Shown here: positions 6,720-15,615 of the stretch, one piece after another
Position numbering within the stretch: position 1 is the first letter of the stretch
Layout of the letters: each line of letters begins with the position of its first letter
From: Candidatus Pacearchaeota archaeon
GTDB taxonomy: Archaea > Nanobdellota > Nanobdellia > Pacearchaeales > GW2011-AR1
Length of the DNA: 32,000 nt
Reading direction: 5' to 3'
Assembly: GCA_016186365.1 (NCBI GenBank)
Contig: JACPLT010000022.1
Span: 5,777 to 37,776 of the forward strand
Notes under the pieces: model-generated
The model's input: the letters and a program-made list of their open reading frames with translations, nothing else
Database searches by the model: none
Told to the model about the DNA's origin: nothing
Program-made: the position numbers and the translations under genes

Positions 6720-6815
6720 TTCGATATTGACTGAGCGAAGCGAAGTCAATCTTCTCTATAAATTAAAATGTGAATGCTGACCCCAGAATGGGCGTCGGCG
6801 TTCGATATTGACTGA
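6709..6815 (+). repeat. 26-nt direct repeat GGGCGTCGGCGTTCGATATTGACTGA (6709-6734 and 6790-6815) duplicating the tRNA 3' end plus trailer
   Basis: The two copies are exact and 81 nt apart. Between them lie hairpin ATTGACT/AGTCAAT (6725-6749) and a promoter-like GAGCGAAGC...CTCTATAAAT. Confidence 0.8.
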
Positions 6816-6845
6816 ATGAGGGAGGCGCGAAAGATTTAAAAAAAT

Positions 6846-7124
6846 TCATCCAAAAAGCCAGAATTTAATTTTGGAAAAAAAGCCTTTTTTTTCTGAAGGA
6901 AGGGTTAGTGGCTGGGATTCTAAAGTTATTTTTGGTCTTTCTTCCAGAATTGGAATTTCTTTTGCAAGCTGTTCGTTAGCTAATTTCATAGCTCTTTCAA
7001 CTTCAGAACGAGGATAACCTTGAGAGACAAGCGCCCATTTTAAAGAATCAGCAGTATATCCTTTTTTGAGGTTTTTTTTAATATAATTAACTCTCTCCTG
7101 AATATAATCTGTTTCTCTCAACAT
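6846..7124 (-). CDS. Hypothetical small protein (92 aa), 17 nt downstream of the 631-aa surface protein gene
   Basis: ORF with coding-like composition, probably co-transcribed with the upstream gene. A T-run follows the stop on the - strand. Confidence 0.55.
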   Translation of the reverse strand: MLRETDYIQERVNYIKKNLKKGYTADSLKWALVSQGYPRSEVERAMKLANEQLAKEIPILEERPKITLESQPLTLPSEKKGFFSKIKFWLFG

Positions 7125-7141
7125 TTTTTAAAAATTAAATT

Positions 7142-9037
7142 TTAATAATATTTTTTGTAGATTAAATAAGCTGTGACAGCTAATACTACAATTACCAATA
7201 GAATTACTATAATCCAGGTGCTTAATGAAGAAGATTCCTGCTCAATCGTTTCTGTATCAGTACTTACTGGAGTTGAAGGGGTTTCTGGAGTAGTGGTTGA
7301 AGGGGTTTCTGAAGGGGCAGTAGTTGAAGGAACTGCAAGATGTATTGTTTTTATTGTGATGTCTGCCCTATTGTTTACTATTCCATTAAGCTTGACAGAT
7401 AAATCATAATAGCTGTCTGAATCAACATCAAATTTCTTTTCCTCTCCTGCATTAAATACTGCCTGTTGTGGTGTTGATGAAACATTGATTGTTACTGATG
7501 TTGCTGCAATGTCTACTACACCTACATAATGGTCTTCACTAGATATTTTTACTTTAATCCTTGAAGCCTCTCCTAATGCTTGAGTATATCCTGTTGCGAA
7601 TTGTGCATCTAAAGGAGAGTAGGTTGCTGTCCAGAATGAAGAAGCTGAACCGCCTCCGCCTGAAGCAGTAGTAGTGGATGTAACTGGAGTAATTCCAATA
7701 TCATAAGAGGTGCTGTTTGCAATAGCATTAACTGCATCTCTGCAGCTTATTTTCCAGCTATGCCCTCCTGCTGATAGAGAGCTAGCATTAATCGTATTTG
7801 TAGTGGTCAAATTAATGGCAGTAGCTGTAACAAAGACTGCGTTATCCCAGATTAGTGAGCAGTTTGAAACAGTAACATCGGTTACATTAAACATGAAATT
7901 AGCACTTACATCTGATGCTGCAGAAGGGGTAGGTGAAACAAGGGTAATAACTGGAGCGTTATTATCAATAGTGATTCTATAGGATACTGATCTATTAGTA
8001 TTATTCAAACTGTCATTTGAATAAACTGTGATATTGTAATCTCCATCAGGATAACGAGTAGCGTTAAAAAGCAGAGTTTGATTATAATAACCTGCAGCAG
8101 TTAAAAGTGTGGCATTAAAAAAGTCTGTTTGTACGCCTGATGAGGTATTAGTGATATTAAAGTAGACATTTGGGCTTACTGCGCTTAAAACATCAGTTAC
8201 ACTTACGTTTATTGTAAGATTTCCGCTATAATTGTTTCTATTAGCAGGAGTTACAAAAGAAACTGCGGGAGCAGTTGTATCTAAAATAGCTATTCTTGTA
8301 TTTGTTGAATTTTTAAGATTTCCTAAATTTTTTACACTAGCATTGTAAGAGTAGTTTCCACTTGGCAAGCCAGTCCAGTTAATAGAATAGTTTCCATCTG
8401 CAAGCGGAGCAGACAAAGTAAAAGTGGTAGTATTAACCTCTCCAGTAGTGTTATATAATCTAAAAGTGATATTTGTAGGATTAGCTTCTGTTATTGAAAC
8501 ATTAAAGTGAATTGCTGTTCTTTGGATAGGAGAGCTGCTGTTTGCAAGAGAGTTTGTGGAATTAGCAACCAGAGGGATAGTTGTATCATTTATAGTTACG
8601 GGAATATAAGATGAAAAATTCCCAGATTTATTTTGAACAGTTACAGTAATATTATATATTCCGGGAGTTGCTGTAGCATTTATCCAGAAATAAGCAAGAG
8701 AACTTCCATTAATAATAAATCCCCCTGTAGAAACGTTTATCCAGACTAAATCTTGAGTGGTATTAAAAAAAGAGGCAATTGAGCTATTTGTTCCATTTGA
8801 GTCTATAATGATTGTAAAATTAGATGGGAAGGTGATATTAACTCTAGTGATGTTTGCCCATTGTCCAGGGTCATCATTAGTTACAGTGATGTTATAATAT
8901 CTTCCTAAACTTTCATTAACATAAAAAGCAGAAGGAGAAGTTGAAAATGCACTGAAGACAAAATTTAAACTAATTACTGAGAATAAAATTACTGCAGATG
9001 CCAATATAAACTTGCTAGATAAATTATTTTTCACCAT
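7142..9037 (-). CDS. Secreted, C-terminally membrane-anchored surface protein with Ig-like repeats and very dense N-X-S/T sequons (S-layer/adhesin-like)
   Basis: It has an N-terminal signal-like MVKNNLSSKFILASAVILFSVISLNFVFSA and repeated D-T/N-T/N-A/I-P-x-V/I domain starts. A Thr/Pro linker, a TM helix and YKKYY follow at the C-terminus. It is a paralogue of 9113..12211. Confidence 0.8.
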   Translation of the reverse strand: MVKNNLSSKFILASAVILFSVISLNFVFSAFSTSPSAFYVNESLGRYYNITVTNDDPGQWANITRVNITFPSNFTIIIDSNGTNSSIASFFNTTQDLVWINVSTGGFIINGSSLAYFWINATATPGIYNITVTVQNKSGNFSSYIPVTINDTTIPLVANSTNSLANSSSPIQRTAIHFNVSITEANPTNITFRLYNTTGEVNTTTFTLSAPLADGNYSINWTGLPSGNYSYNASVKNLGNLKNSTNTRIAILDTTAPAVSFVTPANRNNYSGNLTINVSVTDVLSAVSPNVYFNITNTSSGVQTDFFNATLLTAAGYYNQTLLFNATRYPDGDYNITVYSNDSLNNTNRSVSYRITIDNNAPVITLVSPTPSAASDVSANFMFNVTDVTVSNCSLIWDNAVFVTATAINLTTTNTINASSLSAGGHSWKISCRDAVNAIANSTSYDIGITPVTSTTTASGGGGSASSFWTATYSPLDAQFATGYTQALGEASRIKVKISSEDHYVGVVDIAATSVTINVSSTPQQAVFNAGEEKKFDVDSDSYYDLSVKLNGIVNNRADITIKTIHLAVPSTTAPSETPSTTTPETPSTPVSTDTETIEQESSSLSTWIIVILLVIVVLAVTAYLIYKKYY

Positions 9038-9066
9038 CTTTTTATTTTATATTGAGATATTGTTAG

Positions 9067-9082
9067 TTTATAAATCTTTCGC
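9067..9082 (-). promoter_or_regulatory. BRE/TATA promoter GCGAAAGATTTATAAA for the 631-aa surface protein gene
   Basis: A near-identical motif and downstream leader occur at 12241-12256 upstream of the paralogue. Confidence 0.55.
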
Positions 9083-9112
9083 TTAATTTTTATAGGTCTC
9101 CTCGAGAAAAAT

Positions 9113-12100
9113 TCAATTATACTTTTTGTAGATTAAATAAGCTGCGACAACCAATACTACAATTATTACTAAAATCAATGTAATCCACATGCTTAATGAA
9201 GATTTCTGTTCAATTGTTTCTACACTATCACTTACTGGAGTTGAAGGCGTTTCTGGAGTTTCTGCGGGTGTTGCAGGAGATTGAGGCATCAGTTCATTTA
9301 TTGTTTTTATTGTTAAATTTGCTTTGCTCAAAGAAATTGAATTTAACTTAACTGAAATATCATAATAATTATTTGAATCAACATCAAATTTCTTTTCCTC
9401 TCCAATATTAAATACTGCCTGTTGTGGTGTTGATGAAATGTTTATTGTTGCACTTGTATTTGTTAATGAAACAACACCTACATAATGGTCTTCACTAGAT
9501 ACTTTTATTTTTACTCTTGAAGCTTTTGCCAAAGTTTGAGTGTATCCTGATACAAACTGGCTGTCTATAGGAACATAAGTTGTTGCCCAGAATGAAACTG
9601 CCGAACCGCCTCCGCCTGAAGCAGTGGTAGTTGATGAGCTTGAAGGAGCGCTTCCTGAGACTCCTGGAGAGACACCCGAGAAGTGAGGTATTCTCATGTA
9701 TACCATATTTGAAGTGGTATTAATATAGCAAGGGGTAACATTAAGATTTGAATCGGTTTTACTGCAATTTATTCCTGATGAAGAAAGATAGTTTCGGTAT
9801 AATGCTGTAGAGTTATAATCTATAAAATCGTCAGTTAAATTTACAGAAGTATCTCCTCTTGACCTATTCCAAACAGCATTCCAGTTCTCATCGTATAACA
9901 TCGGAGTTGAAAGAGACATATCTGCAGAATCATTAATAGCAGCATCGTCAAAAGGCATGGCAATAACTACATAGCTATAAGCATCTTTAGGAGCAAAACT
10001 TCCGAATTGCCATACTTGATTTGTAGATGAAGCTCCGCTTGATGCCCGGTCATTCATTATGCTTTCCATTGGAGGCTGTTTAGCTGAAAACATATCAAAA
10101 TTCATGAACATTAAAGTTACTCCGGTACTTGTAATTTTCATCTCCATGTTTATTTTTCCAGCAACTAATGCTGTTAAAGGATTGAAATTTTTAGCAGAGG
10201 TATTTGTTATTACACAACTGTCTGCAGGGATTAAAACATTGCAAGCTTCAGAGTTTCTCAAGAATCTCATATTTATTGCGAGACTGGAATTCAATTGAGT
10301 GGAATTAATCATTTCCATCTGTCCTGTGGAATTAATTTTTTTCATTCCAACTCCTCTTCCATCTGACATAGTAGTCATAGTTATGTTAGCCTCTGATTGT
10401 GAGAGATTTAGAGTAACCTCTCTTGGAGGAGCATCATTGGAATATACCATTATTTTTGCCCAGTTGCTGTTATTTAGTATAGACATATAAAATGAGCCAG
10501 AACTCATACTTTCTATTATATAAGTGAGAGTTCCTGTAACTGGGTGTTTTATTCTTACATTTGCATTCATATTAGTTGTTATTGCTCCTCCTGATGAATT
10601 TACAATATTAATCTTAATCTTGCTGGTATTTACTCCGCTGGATGAATTGTAGTTTCCTGCTAACCTGAAAAGAGTAAGGTTATAATTCCTGTTTCCAGTA
10701 ATTGTAATGTTTTGAAAAGCTGCTAAACTCCAAGCATTTGCAGAATATACGTCAGGAGCAGCAGTTTTATTTTTAGCATAAGCTTCTATAAGATAGTTTA
10801 GCCCTGATGCAGAGCCCATTGCAGAAATGTTATAGAAAGCAAAGGCACATCCCAAAGATGAAGCAGTATAATTAATGTTTACATCTAAATCAATATCTCC
10901 CATGTCTGCCCTGAATGGGGGAACGAATCCAGGCCAAGGAATCATTTTCAAAGAGAAGCTAGTGATGTTTAATGCAGAGTTATTGGTTCCTGCAGACATA
11001 TTTATGCATCCAAATAATCTGTAAGTGTTAGTTACAAAGCTTTGATTTACAACTAATATCTGTCCTTGAGATAAGACACCTAAAGTTGAATTTGAAACAG
11101 GTGGAGTAGGGCAGGTAGTATCATTCATTAAACTTCCATTGCATAAACTGTGGAAAGTAAATCCAAAATTGCCATTTCCAGGGGTTCTTACAAACATGAC
11201 TGTAAAATTTCTGTCTATTGGAACAGCAATGTCAACAGTAGAAACACTAGTCATAAAATTACTTTCTGTTGGAAATCCTGAAACCTGATCAGTAACTTGA
11301 TAGCCAAATTTTTGTGCAGAGCCTGCAATTCCTTCGGACCAATTGTTAGCATATAATCTTAAAGTTGCTGCAGGTTGCATATAAAAACTTGTTCCATTTA
11401 GTGAAGGGGGTCTCATAAATTCAAAAATAGGAAGATCTGCAGTGGCTGGATAAAACATCATTGCAGGAAAATAAGGAAGACTAGTTCCTATTTTTGTAAC
11501 ATTGCAGGTTGAATTTGAGGAGATACATCCAGCAGCAAGCCCATATCTAATCATTTTTAACTTATAAAGTGAAGCAGAGCCATTAATATTTGGAAAAGTA
11601 AACTGCCCATTGGAATCTGATAGAATACTTGATTCATAAGATTCTGTTGGAGGACCTCCTGCTCCTGCGGCAACACGATACATTGAAACATTAACATTAG
11701 TTTCTGTTCCACCTGTTTCATTTTTAGTGTAACCTGAAAATGCGAAATCTACCCTGAAGTTATAAGAAGTAATATTGTCTGCTCCTGCAATGTGTTTAGC
11801 AGTCAGTGTAAAATTAGTAAACATCACATTTCCTAAATTTGCAAGAGAGATATTAAACAAAAAGCTCTGAACAGTATTATTTGGAAAAAATGTAAGTTGT
11901 GAAGTGTTTGTCCAGATTAATATTTTTTGTGGACCGGCAGTAGTATTTGTAAATACAGAATCGCCTGCTGTTGTTCTATTTGTATTAGCATAAAAAGTAG
12001 TTTCAAATGGGAGGGTGATAGTTAGTTGGGTGATATTAACATTGTCTGTATTGTTTAAAGTGATATTAACTCTTGTGTTGGATGTTCTGTTAAGATAAGA

Positions 12101-12211
12101 GGGAGTTACGGATTCAATAGTAAAAGCAAAAACAAAATTCAAACTGATTAAAAATGCTATAATTATAGTTGTTGCAAATATAAACTTGCTAGATAAATTA
12201 TTTTTCACCAT
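9113..12211 (-). CDS. Large secreted, membrane-anchored, sequon-rich surface protein (1032 aa), paralogue of 7142..9037
   Basis: Its first 11 residues are identical to the paralogue (MVKNNLSSKFI). It shares a C-terminal module of about 190 aa (ASGGGGSA.SFW...EDHYVGVV...SSTPQQAVFN.GEEKKFDVDS...), a TP linker, a TM helix and YKKYN. Confidence 0.8.
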   Translation of the reverse strand: MVKNNLSSKFIFATTIIIAFLISLNFVFAFTIESVTPSYLNRTSNTRVNITLNNTDNVNITQLTITLPFETTFYANTNRTTAGDSVFTNTTAGPQKILIWTNTSQLTFFPNNTVQSFLFNISLANLGNVMFTNFTLTAKHIAGADNITSYNFRVDFAFSGYTKNETGGTETNVNVSMYRVAAGAGGPPTESYESSILSDSNGQFTFPNINGSASLYKLKMIRYGLAAGCISSNSTCNVTKIGTSLPYFPAMMFYPATADLPIFEFMRPPSLNGTSFYMQPAATLRLYANNWSEGIAGSAQKFGYQVTDQVSGFPTESNFMTSVSTVDIAVPIDRNFTVMFVRTPGNGNFGFTFHSLCNGSLMNDTTCPTPPVSNSTLGVLSQGQILVVNQSFVTNTYRLFGCINMSAGTNNSALNITSFSLKMIPWPGFVPPFRADMGDIDLDVNINYTASSLGCAFAFYNISAMGSASGLNYLIEAYAKNKTAAPDVYSANAWSLAAFQNITITGNRNYNLTLFRLAGNYNSSSGVNTSKIKINIVNSSGGAITTNMNANVRIKHPVTGTLTYIIESMSSGSFYMSILNNSNWAKIMVYSNDAPPREVTLNLSQSEANITMTTMSDGRGVGMKKINSTGQMEMINSTQLNSSLAINMRFLRNSEACNVLIPADSCVITNTSAKNFNPLTALVAGKINMEMKITSTGVTLMFMNFDMFSAKQPPMESIMNDRASSGASSTNQVWQFGSFAPKDAYSYVVIAMPFDDAAINDSADMSLSTPMLYDENWNAVWNRSRGDTSVNLTDDFIDYNSTALYRNYLSSSGINCSKTDSNLNVTPCYINTTSNMVYMRIPHFSGVSPGVSGSAPSSSSTTTASGGGGSAVSFWATTYVPIDSQFVSGYTQTLAKASRVKIKVSSEDHYVGVVSLTNTSATINISSTPQQAVFNIGEEKKFDVDSNNYYDISVKLNSISLSKANLTIKTINELMPQSPATPAETPETPSTPVSDSVETIEQKSSLSMWITLILVIIVVLVVAAYLIYKKYN

Positions 12212-12240
12212 CTTTTTATTTTAACTTAAAAGATTGTTAG

Positions 12241-12256
12241 TTTATAAACCTTTCGC
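12241..12256 (-). promoter_or_regulatory. BRE/TATA promoter GCGAAAGGTTTATAAA for the 1032-aa surface protein gene
   Basis: Duplicate of the 9067-9082 motif, and the following leader ...CTAACAAT... is also shared. Confidence 0.55.
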
Positions 12257-12327
12257 AGTTATTCTCGGCAGATTTATTTTATTGACTCGAGGAACTTCTC
12301 TACTCAAAGCTTCTTTCGGTAATAATA

Positions 12328-13056
12328 TTAGTCGATTGACTCAAGAAGCTTCTCGGCAGCAGCCAGTTCTGGAACTACGACGATTTTTGCGCCTGCTTTT
12401 TTCAGTTTGCTGACAAAAGCAGGCTTGTCTGCACGAGCATAAACCTCAATTTTTGAATTAATATCTTTTGCCATCATAGTGACAAGAAGATTTTTTTCTG
12501 TTTCTGGCATTGCAATAATAATTGCTTTTGCTTTTTTTATCCCGGCTTTATTAAGAATTTCCTCATCTGTTACATCGCCAATTATAAATGGGACTTTTGC
12601 TTTTTTTAATTTTAAAATTTTTGACTCATCTTTTTCAATTATAATATAATCTTCTTTTTTTCTAGAGAGATTAACGGCAAGCTCCTCTCCAACTCTTCCC
12701 CCGCCTGCAATAATATAATGATTGTTCATTTTTCTCAGTTTATTGAAGATATTCTGCATTTTTAAATATTCTGAAAAATTTCCCCCTATGAACATCTCAA
12801 AAATATTTGTTATTATCCATCCCATAGTCATTACGCCGAATATTGCTAAAAATATTTCAAGATATTTTCCCGGACCTGATTCAATTGTAAACATAAATGA
12901 GAGGGATTCTAGGGTATAAACGAAAGATTGTGAAAATGAAGAATGTTGAATAACAGAAAATCCTATTATTCCAACTAAGAGGATTATAAGGATTAGTGCA
13001 AAAAAAACTTTAATTTTTTTCGGTATCTCTTCTAAAATTTCGTATGGCTCTTTCAT
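12328..13056 (-). CDS. Membrane protein with C-terminal RCK/TrkA-N NAD-binding domain (putative ion channel)
   Basis: Two or three N-terminal TM helices are followed by the Rossmann motif IIAGGGRVGEELA. No clear TxGYG selectivity filter is present (TIESGPG instead). Confidence 0.7.
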   Translation of the reverse strand: MKEPYEILEEIPKKIKVFFALILIILLVGIIGFSVIQHSSFSQSFVYTLESLSFMFTIESGPGKYLEIFLAIFGVMTMGWIITNIFEMFIGGNFSEYLKMQNIFNKLRKMNNHYIIAGGGRVGEELAVNLSRKKEDYIIIEKDESKILKLKKAKVPFIIGDVTDEEILNKAGIKKAKAIIIAMPETEKNLLVTMMAKDINSKIEVYARADKPAFVSKLKKAGAKIVVVPELAAAEKLLESID

Positions 13057-14510
13057 TTTATAGGATTAAGCTGGTGATAGTGTTCAATCGCGCTTTTTAA
13101 TTTTAGTTTATTTTCAGAATAAATAGTAAGAAGTTTTTCTCCGGTTTTAACAGAATCATTCAGATGTTTATATAAATATATTCCTGCACTTCTGTCAATA
13201 GGACAGCCTGCTAATTTTGCAATTCGGTTAATCTCTTTTATATTAATATCTTTAATCTTCATGTTTTTTTCTGCTTTTATATCAAATTTGAATTTGGCTT
13301 TTTTTATTCTGTTAATATTTCCGTGCTGCGCTTTTACTATAGAAACAAATTTTTTGAATGCTGCTCCAGAATTAAGAATTTGGGCTGCAAGTTTAACCCC
13401 TTCCCCTTTTTTAGATTTTCCAGTCAGCTCGAATAGCTGTCCTGCTAACTCTAAAGAACGAGATTCAAGAAGGTGGCATTTATCCTCTCTTCTTAAAACT
13501 TTTAAAACATCTGCCATCTCCAAAGATGGACCAATTCCGTTTCCAAGAGGCTCATTAACCTCTTTCATAGAACAGCGAATTTTAATCTTAAAATGTTTTC
13601 CTATTATTTCAAATTTTTTCTTTAGCTCAAGTCCCTGCTTTCTTGTAACTTTGGCATATTTCCCATAGGGAATATCTATTAAAACATATTTGGAATTTGC
13701 AGCCAGCTTTTTTGAAATTATACTCGCAATAAGCTGGGATTCTGGGTCAAGATTAATTAATCTTTCGATTTGTATTATTTTATCATCTGCGGGCGCAAGG
13801 TTTAGTGCACCCCCCCAGACTAAGCAGGCGTGCTCTTTTGCAATAATCTTTTTCATTTCTTCTAAATTGAAATCAACTTTGCAGATAGTTTCCATTGCGT
13901 CTGCAGTTCCTGAAGGAGAGGTTATTGCCCTTGAAGAAGTTTTAGGAATTGTCAGCCCTCCGGCTGAGCAAATTGAAACTACAATCGGAGTGGTCCTGCC
14001 AGAAACTCCACCAATTGAATGTTTGTCTGCAATTTCTCCCCGCAGATTAATTCTTTTTCCTGTATCAACTATAGACTGCGTCAGACTTTCAATTTCTTTT
14101 ATTGACATTCCGCACTTATAGACTGCTGCGACAAAAAATGCTATTTCAGCCTCGGTAATTGCGTTTGAAACAATGTCTGATATAATTTCATGTATTTCTT
14201 CTTTAGATAAAGTTTTGCAGGAAAGTTTTTCATAAATCAAATCTAAGCTTTCGGGTTTTGCCGCTAAGTCCAGATTAATATAATCTTTTTCTTTAAGCGA
14301 GAGAGATTCTACAACTTCCATAGAGACAACAATTTCATCTTCTTTTACAAATCCAGTAGCAATATCTACTACTGCGATTATTTTTTTCCCTGAATGCTCT
14401 ATTGAAACTCTGTCATCCACATGAATATTGGAATTAGCTGCGGATTTTTTATTTAGAATTGCAACAGGTCTTCCTGCTGAAAATTTCATAAATTTAACTT
14501 TTAACTTCAT
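13053..14510 (-). CDS. deoA: AMP phosphorylase / thymidine phosphorylase family protein (archaeal DeoA type)
   Basis: It has the archaeal N-terminal extension (MKLKVKFMKFSAGRPVAILN) plus KHSIGGVSGRTTPIV and SSRAITSPSGTADAME motifs. An ATGA overlap joins it to the downstream gene. Confidence 0.82.
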   Translation of the reverse strand: MKLKVKFMKFSAGRPVAILNKKSAANSNIHVDDRVSIEHSGKKIIAVVDIATGFVKEDEIVVSMEVVESLSLKEKDYINLDLAAKPESLDLIYEKLSCKTLSKEEIHEIISDIVSNAITEAEIAFFVAAVYKCGMSIKEIESLTQSIVDTGKRINLRGEIADKHSIGGVSGRTTPIVVSICSAGGLTIPKTSSRAITSPSGTADAMETICKVDFNLEEMKKIIAKEHACLVWGGALNLAPADDKIIQIERLINLDPESQLIASIISKKLAANSKYVLIDIPYGKYAKVTRKQGLELKKKFEIIGKHFKIKIRCSMKEVNEPLGNGIGPSLEMADVLKVLRREDKCHLLESRSLELAGQLFELTGKSKKGEGVKLAAQILNSGAAFKKFVSIVKAQHGNINRIKKAKFKFDIKAEKNMKIKDINIKEINRIAKLAGCPIDRSAGIYLYKHLNDSVKTGEKLLTIYSENKLKLKSAIEHYHQLNPIK

Positions 14511-14546
14511 TTTTCACCTTTTTTATCTTTTTATTTTTTCAGCTTT

Positions 14547-15575
14547 TTATTCTGAAAACAAGCTGGGGAACTTTTTCTCCCTATACGCATTAAGCACTAA
14601 AAGCAGATATGAAAGAATTAACGGACCTAAGATGAATCCTAAAAGCCCGAATACTAAAAATCCCCCAATCATCCCGATTATTACAATTCCAGAAGAGATC
14701 TTAACTGACCTTGAAACAAGATAAACTCTCAAAACATTATCTATCCATGAAACAAACAGCCCCCCATATAATGCCAGCCCTATTCCTGCAAAGACATGTC
14801 CAGATATTATTAGATAAATTGATGCAGGAATCCAGATTAGCCATGCGCCGACCATAGGAATTATTGAAGCAATTATTGCAAAAAAGGTTAATAACAACGC
14901 TTGAGGAATCCCAAAGATAAATAATCCTATCCCCGTAAATATCCCCTGAATAACTCCTACGACAAAATATCCGAATATAACTGCGCGAGTTATACTTTTA
15001 AATTGAGAGGAAATATCCTCTTCTGTGGATTTTGAGAATGGAGAAAGACTTGCGACATATCTCTTGAATATTTCTGCATCTCTCATTCCAAAAAAGAAAA
15101 CGAATAAAACTACTGCGAGTTTTAATCCCAATCCGGGAAGGTCATAAAGAGTGTTGGATGCACTTGATAAAATTTTTGAAACAAGATTTGACAAAAATGA
15201 ATTGAGCGAAACCGCAACATTCTGAGTCATCCCTATTTGAGAGAGCGAAGGAATAATTCCTCTCAAGAATGCCAGAACATCTATTTCTTGGGTGTAAAGA
15301 TAAATATCAAAAACTTCTTTTATTATTGCAGGAAGCAGAAACCAAAGAGGAATAAATATCAGCAATAAAACTAAAAATATTACCAGCAAAGCAGAAATGC
15401 TCTTTTCTCTTACTACTGAAAGAATCCTCTTATAAACTGGGAGAAATACATACGCAAGAATCAGCCCTATTATTACTGCACTTGCAATTGGGCGAAGAAC
15501 TATAAAAGTGAGAATTAAAAGAACTCCAATTACTAAAAAAATAGATAACTTTTTAAATGTCTTTTCGTCTATCAT
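14547..15575 (-). CDS. AI-2E family transporter (PerM/UPF0118-type permease)
   Basis: Polytopic membrane protein with the family-typical IIPMVGAWLIWIP segment. The palindromic TATA TTTATAAA lies 29 nt upstream of the ATG. Confidence 0.72.
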   Translation of the reverse strand: MIDEKTFKKLSIFLVIGVLLILTFIVLRPIASAVIIGLILAYVFLPVYKRILSVVREKSISALLVIFLVLLLIFIPLWFLLPAIIKEVFDIYLYTQEIDVLAFLRGIIPSLSQIGMTQNVAVSLNSFLSNLVSKILSSASNTLYDLPGLGLKLAVVLFVFFFGMRDAEIFKRYVASLSPFSKSTEEDISSQFKSITRAVIFGYFVVGVIQGIFTGIGLFIFGIPQALLLTFFAIIASIIPMVGAWLIWIPASIYLIISGHVFAGIGLALYGGLFVSWIDNVLRVYLVSRSVKISSGIVIIGMIGGFLVFGLLGFILGPLILSYLLLVLNAYREKKFPSLFSE

Positions 15576-15596
15576 AATTTATTCAGGTAAAAAAGA

Positions 15597-15604
15597 TTTA
15601 TAAA
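15597..15604 (-). promoter_or_regulatory. Palindromic TATA box TTTATAAA for the permease gene (leaderless spacing)
   Basis: The distance from the first T (15604) to ATG 15575 is 29 nt, as at five other loci in the window. Confidence 0.45.
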
Positions 15605-15615
15605 GGTTTAGTAAG

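Noticed and set aside
6527-6730. 67-aa ORF on the + strand
   Set aside because: It is fully explained by the tRNA-Ser gene and its structured upstream element.
7173-10490. + strand ORFs inside the surface-protein genes (7173-7409, 7710-7982, 10059-10298, 10299-10490)
   Set aside because: They lie opposite long, internally consistent - strand ORFs with signal peptides and anchors, and they have no independent signals.
12262-12359. Degenerate duplicate of the last seven or so codons of the RCK gene (ATTGACTCGAGGAACTTCTC at 12281-12300 versus ATTGACTCAAGAAGCTTCTC at 12335-12354; TTCTCGGCAG at 12262 and 12350)
   Set aside because: The repeat is real but short. It is most simply a small duplication remnant in the 3' untranslated region, and I see no functional signal to pursue.
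12722-14724. + strand ORFs opposite the RCK, deoA and permease genes (12722-12919, 13261-13668, 13690-14121, 14428-14724)
   Set aside because: They are antisense artefacts of recognisable - strand genes.
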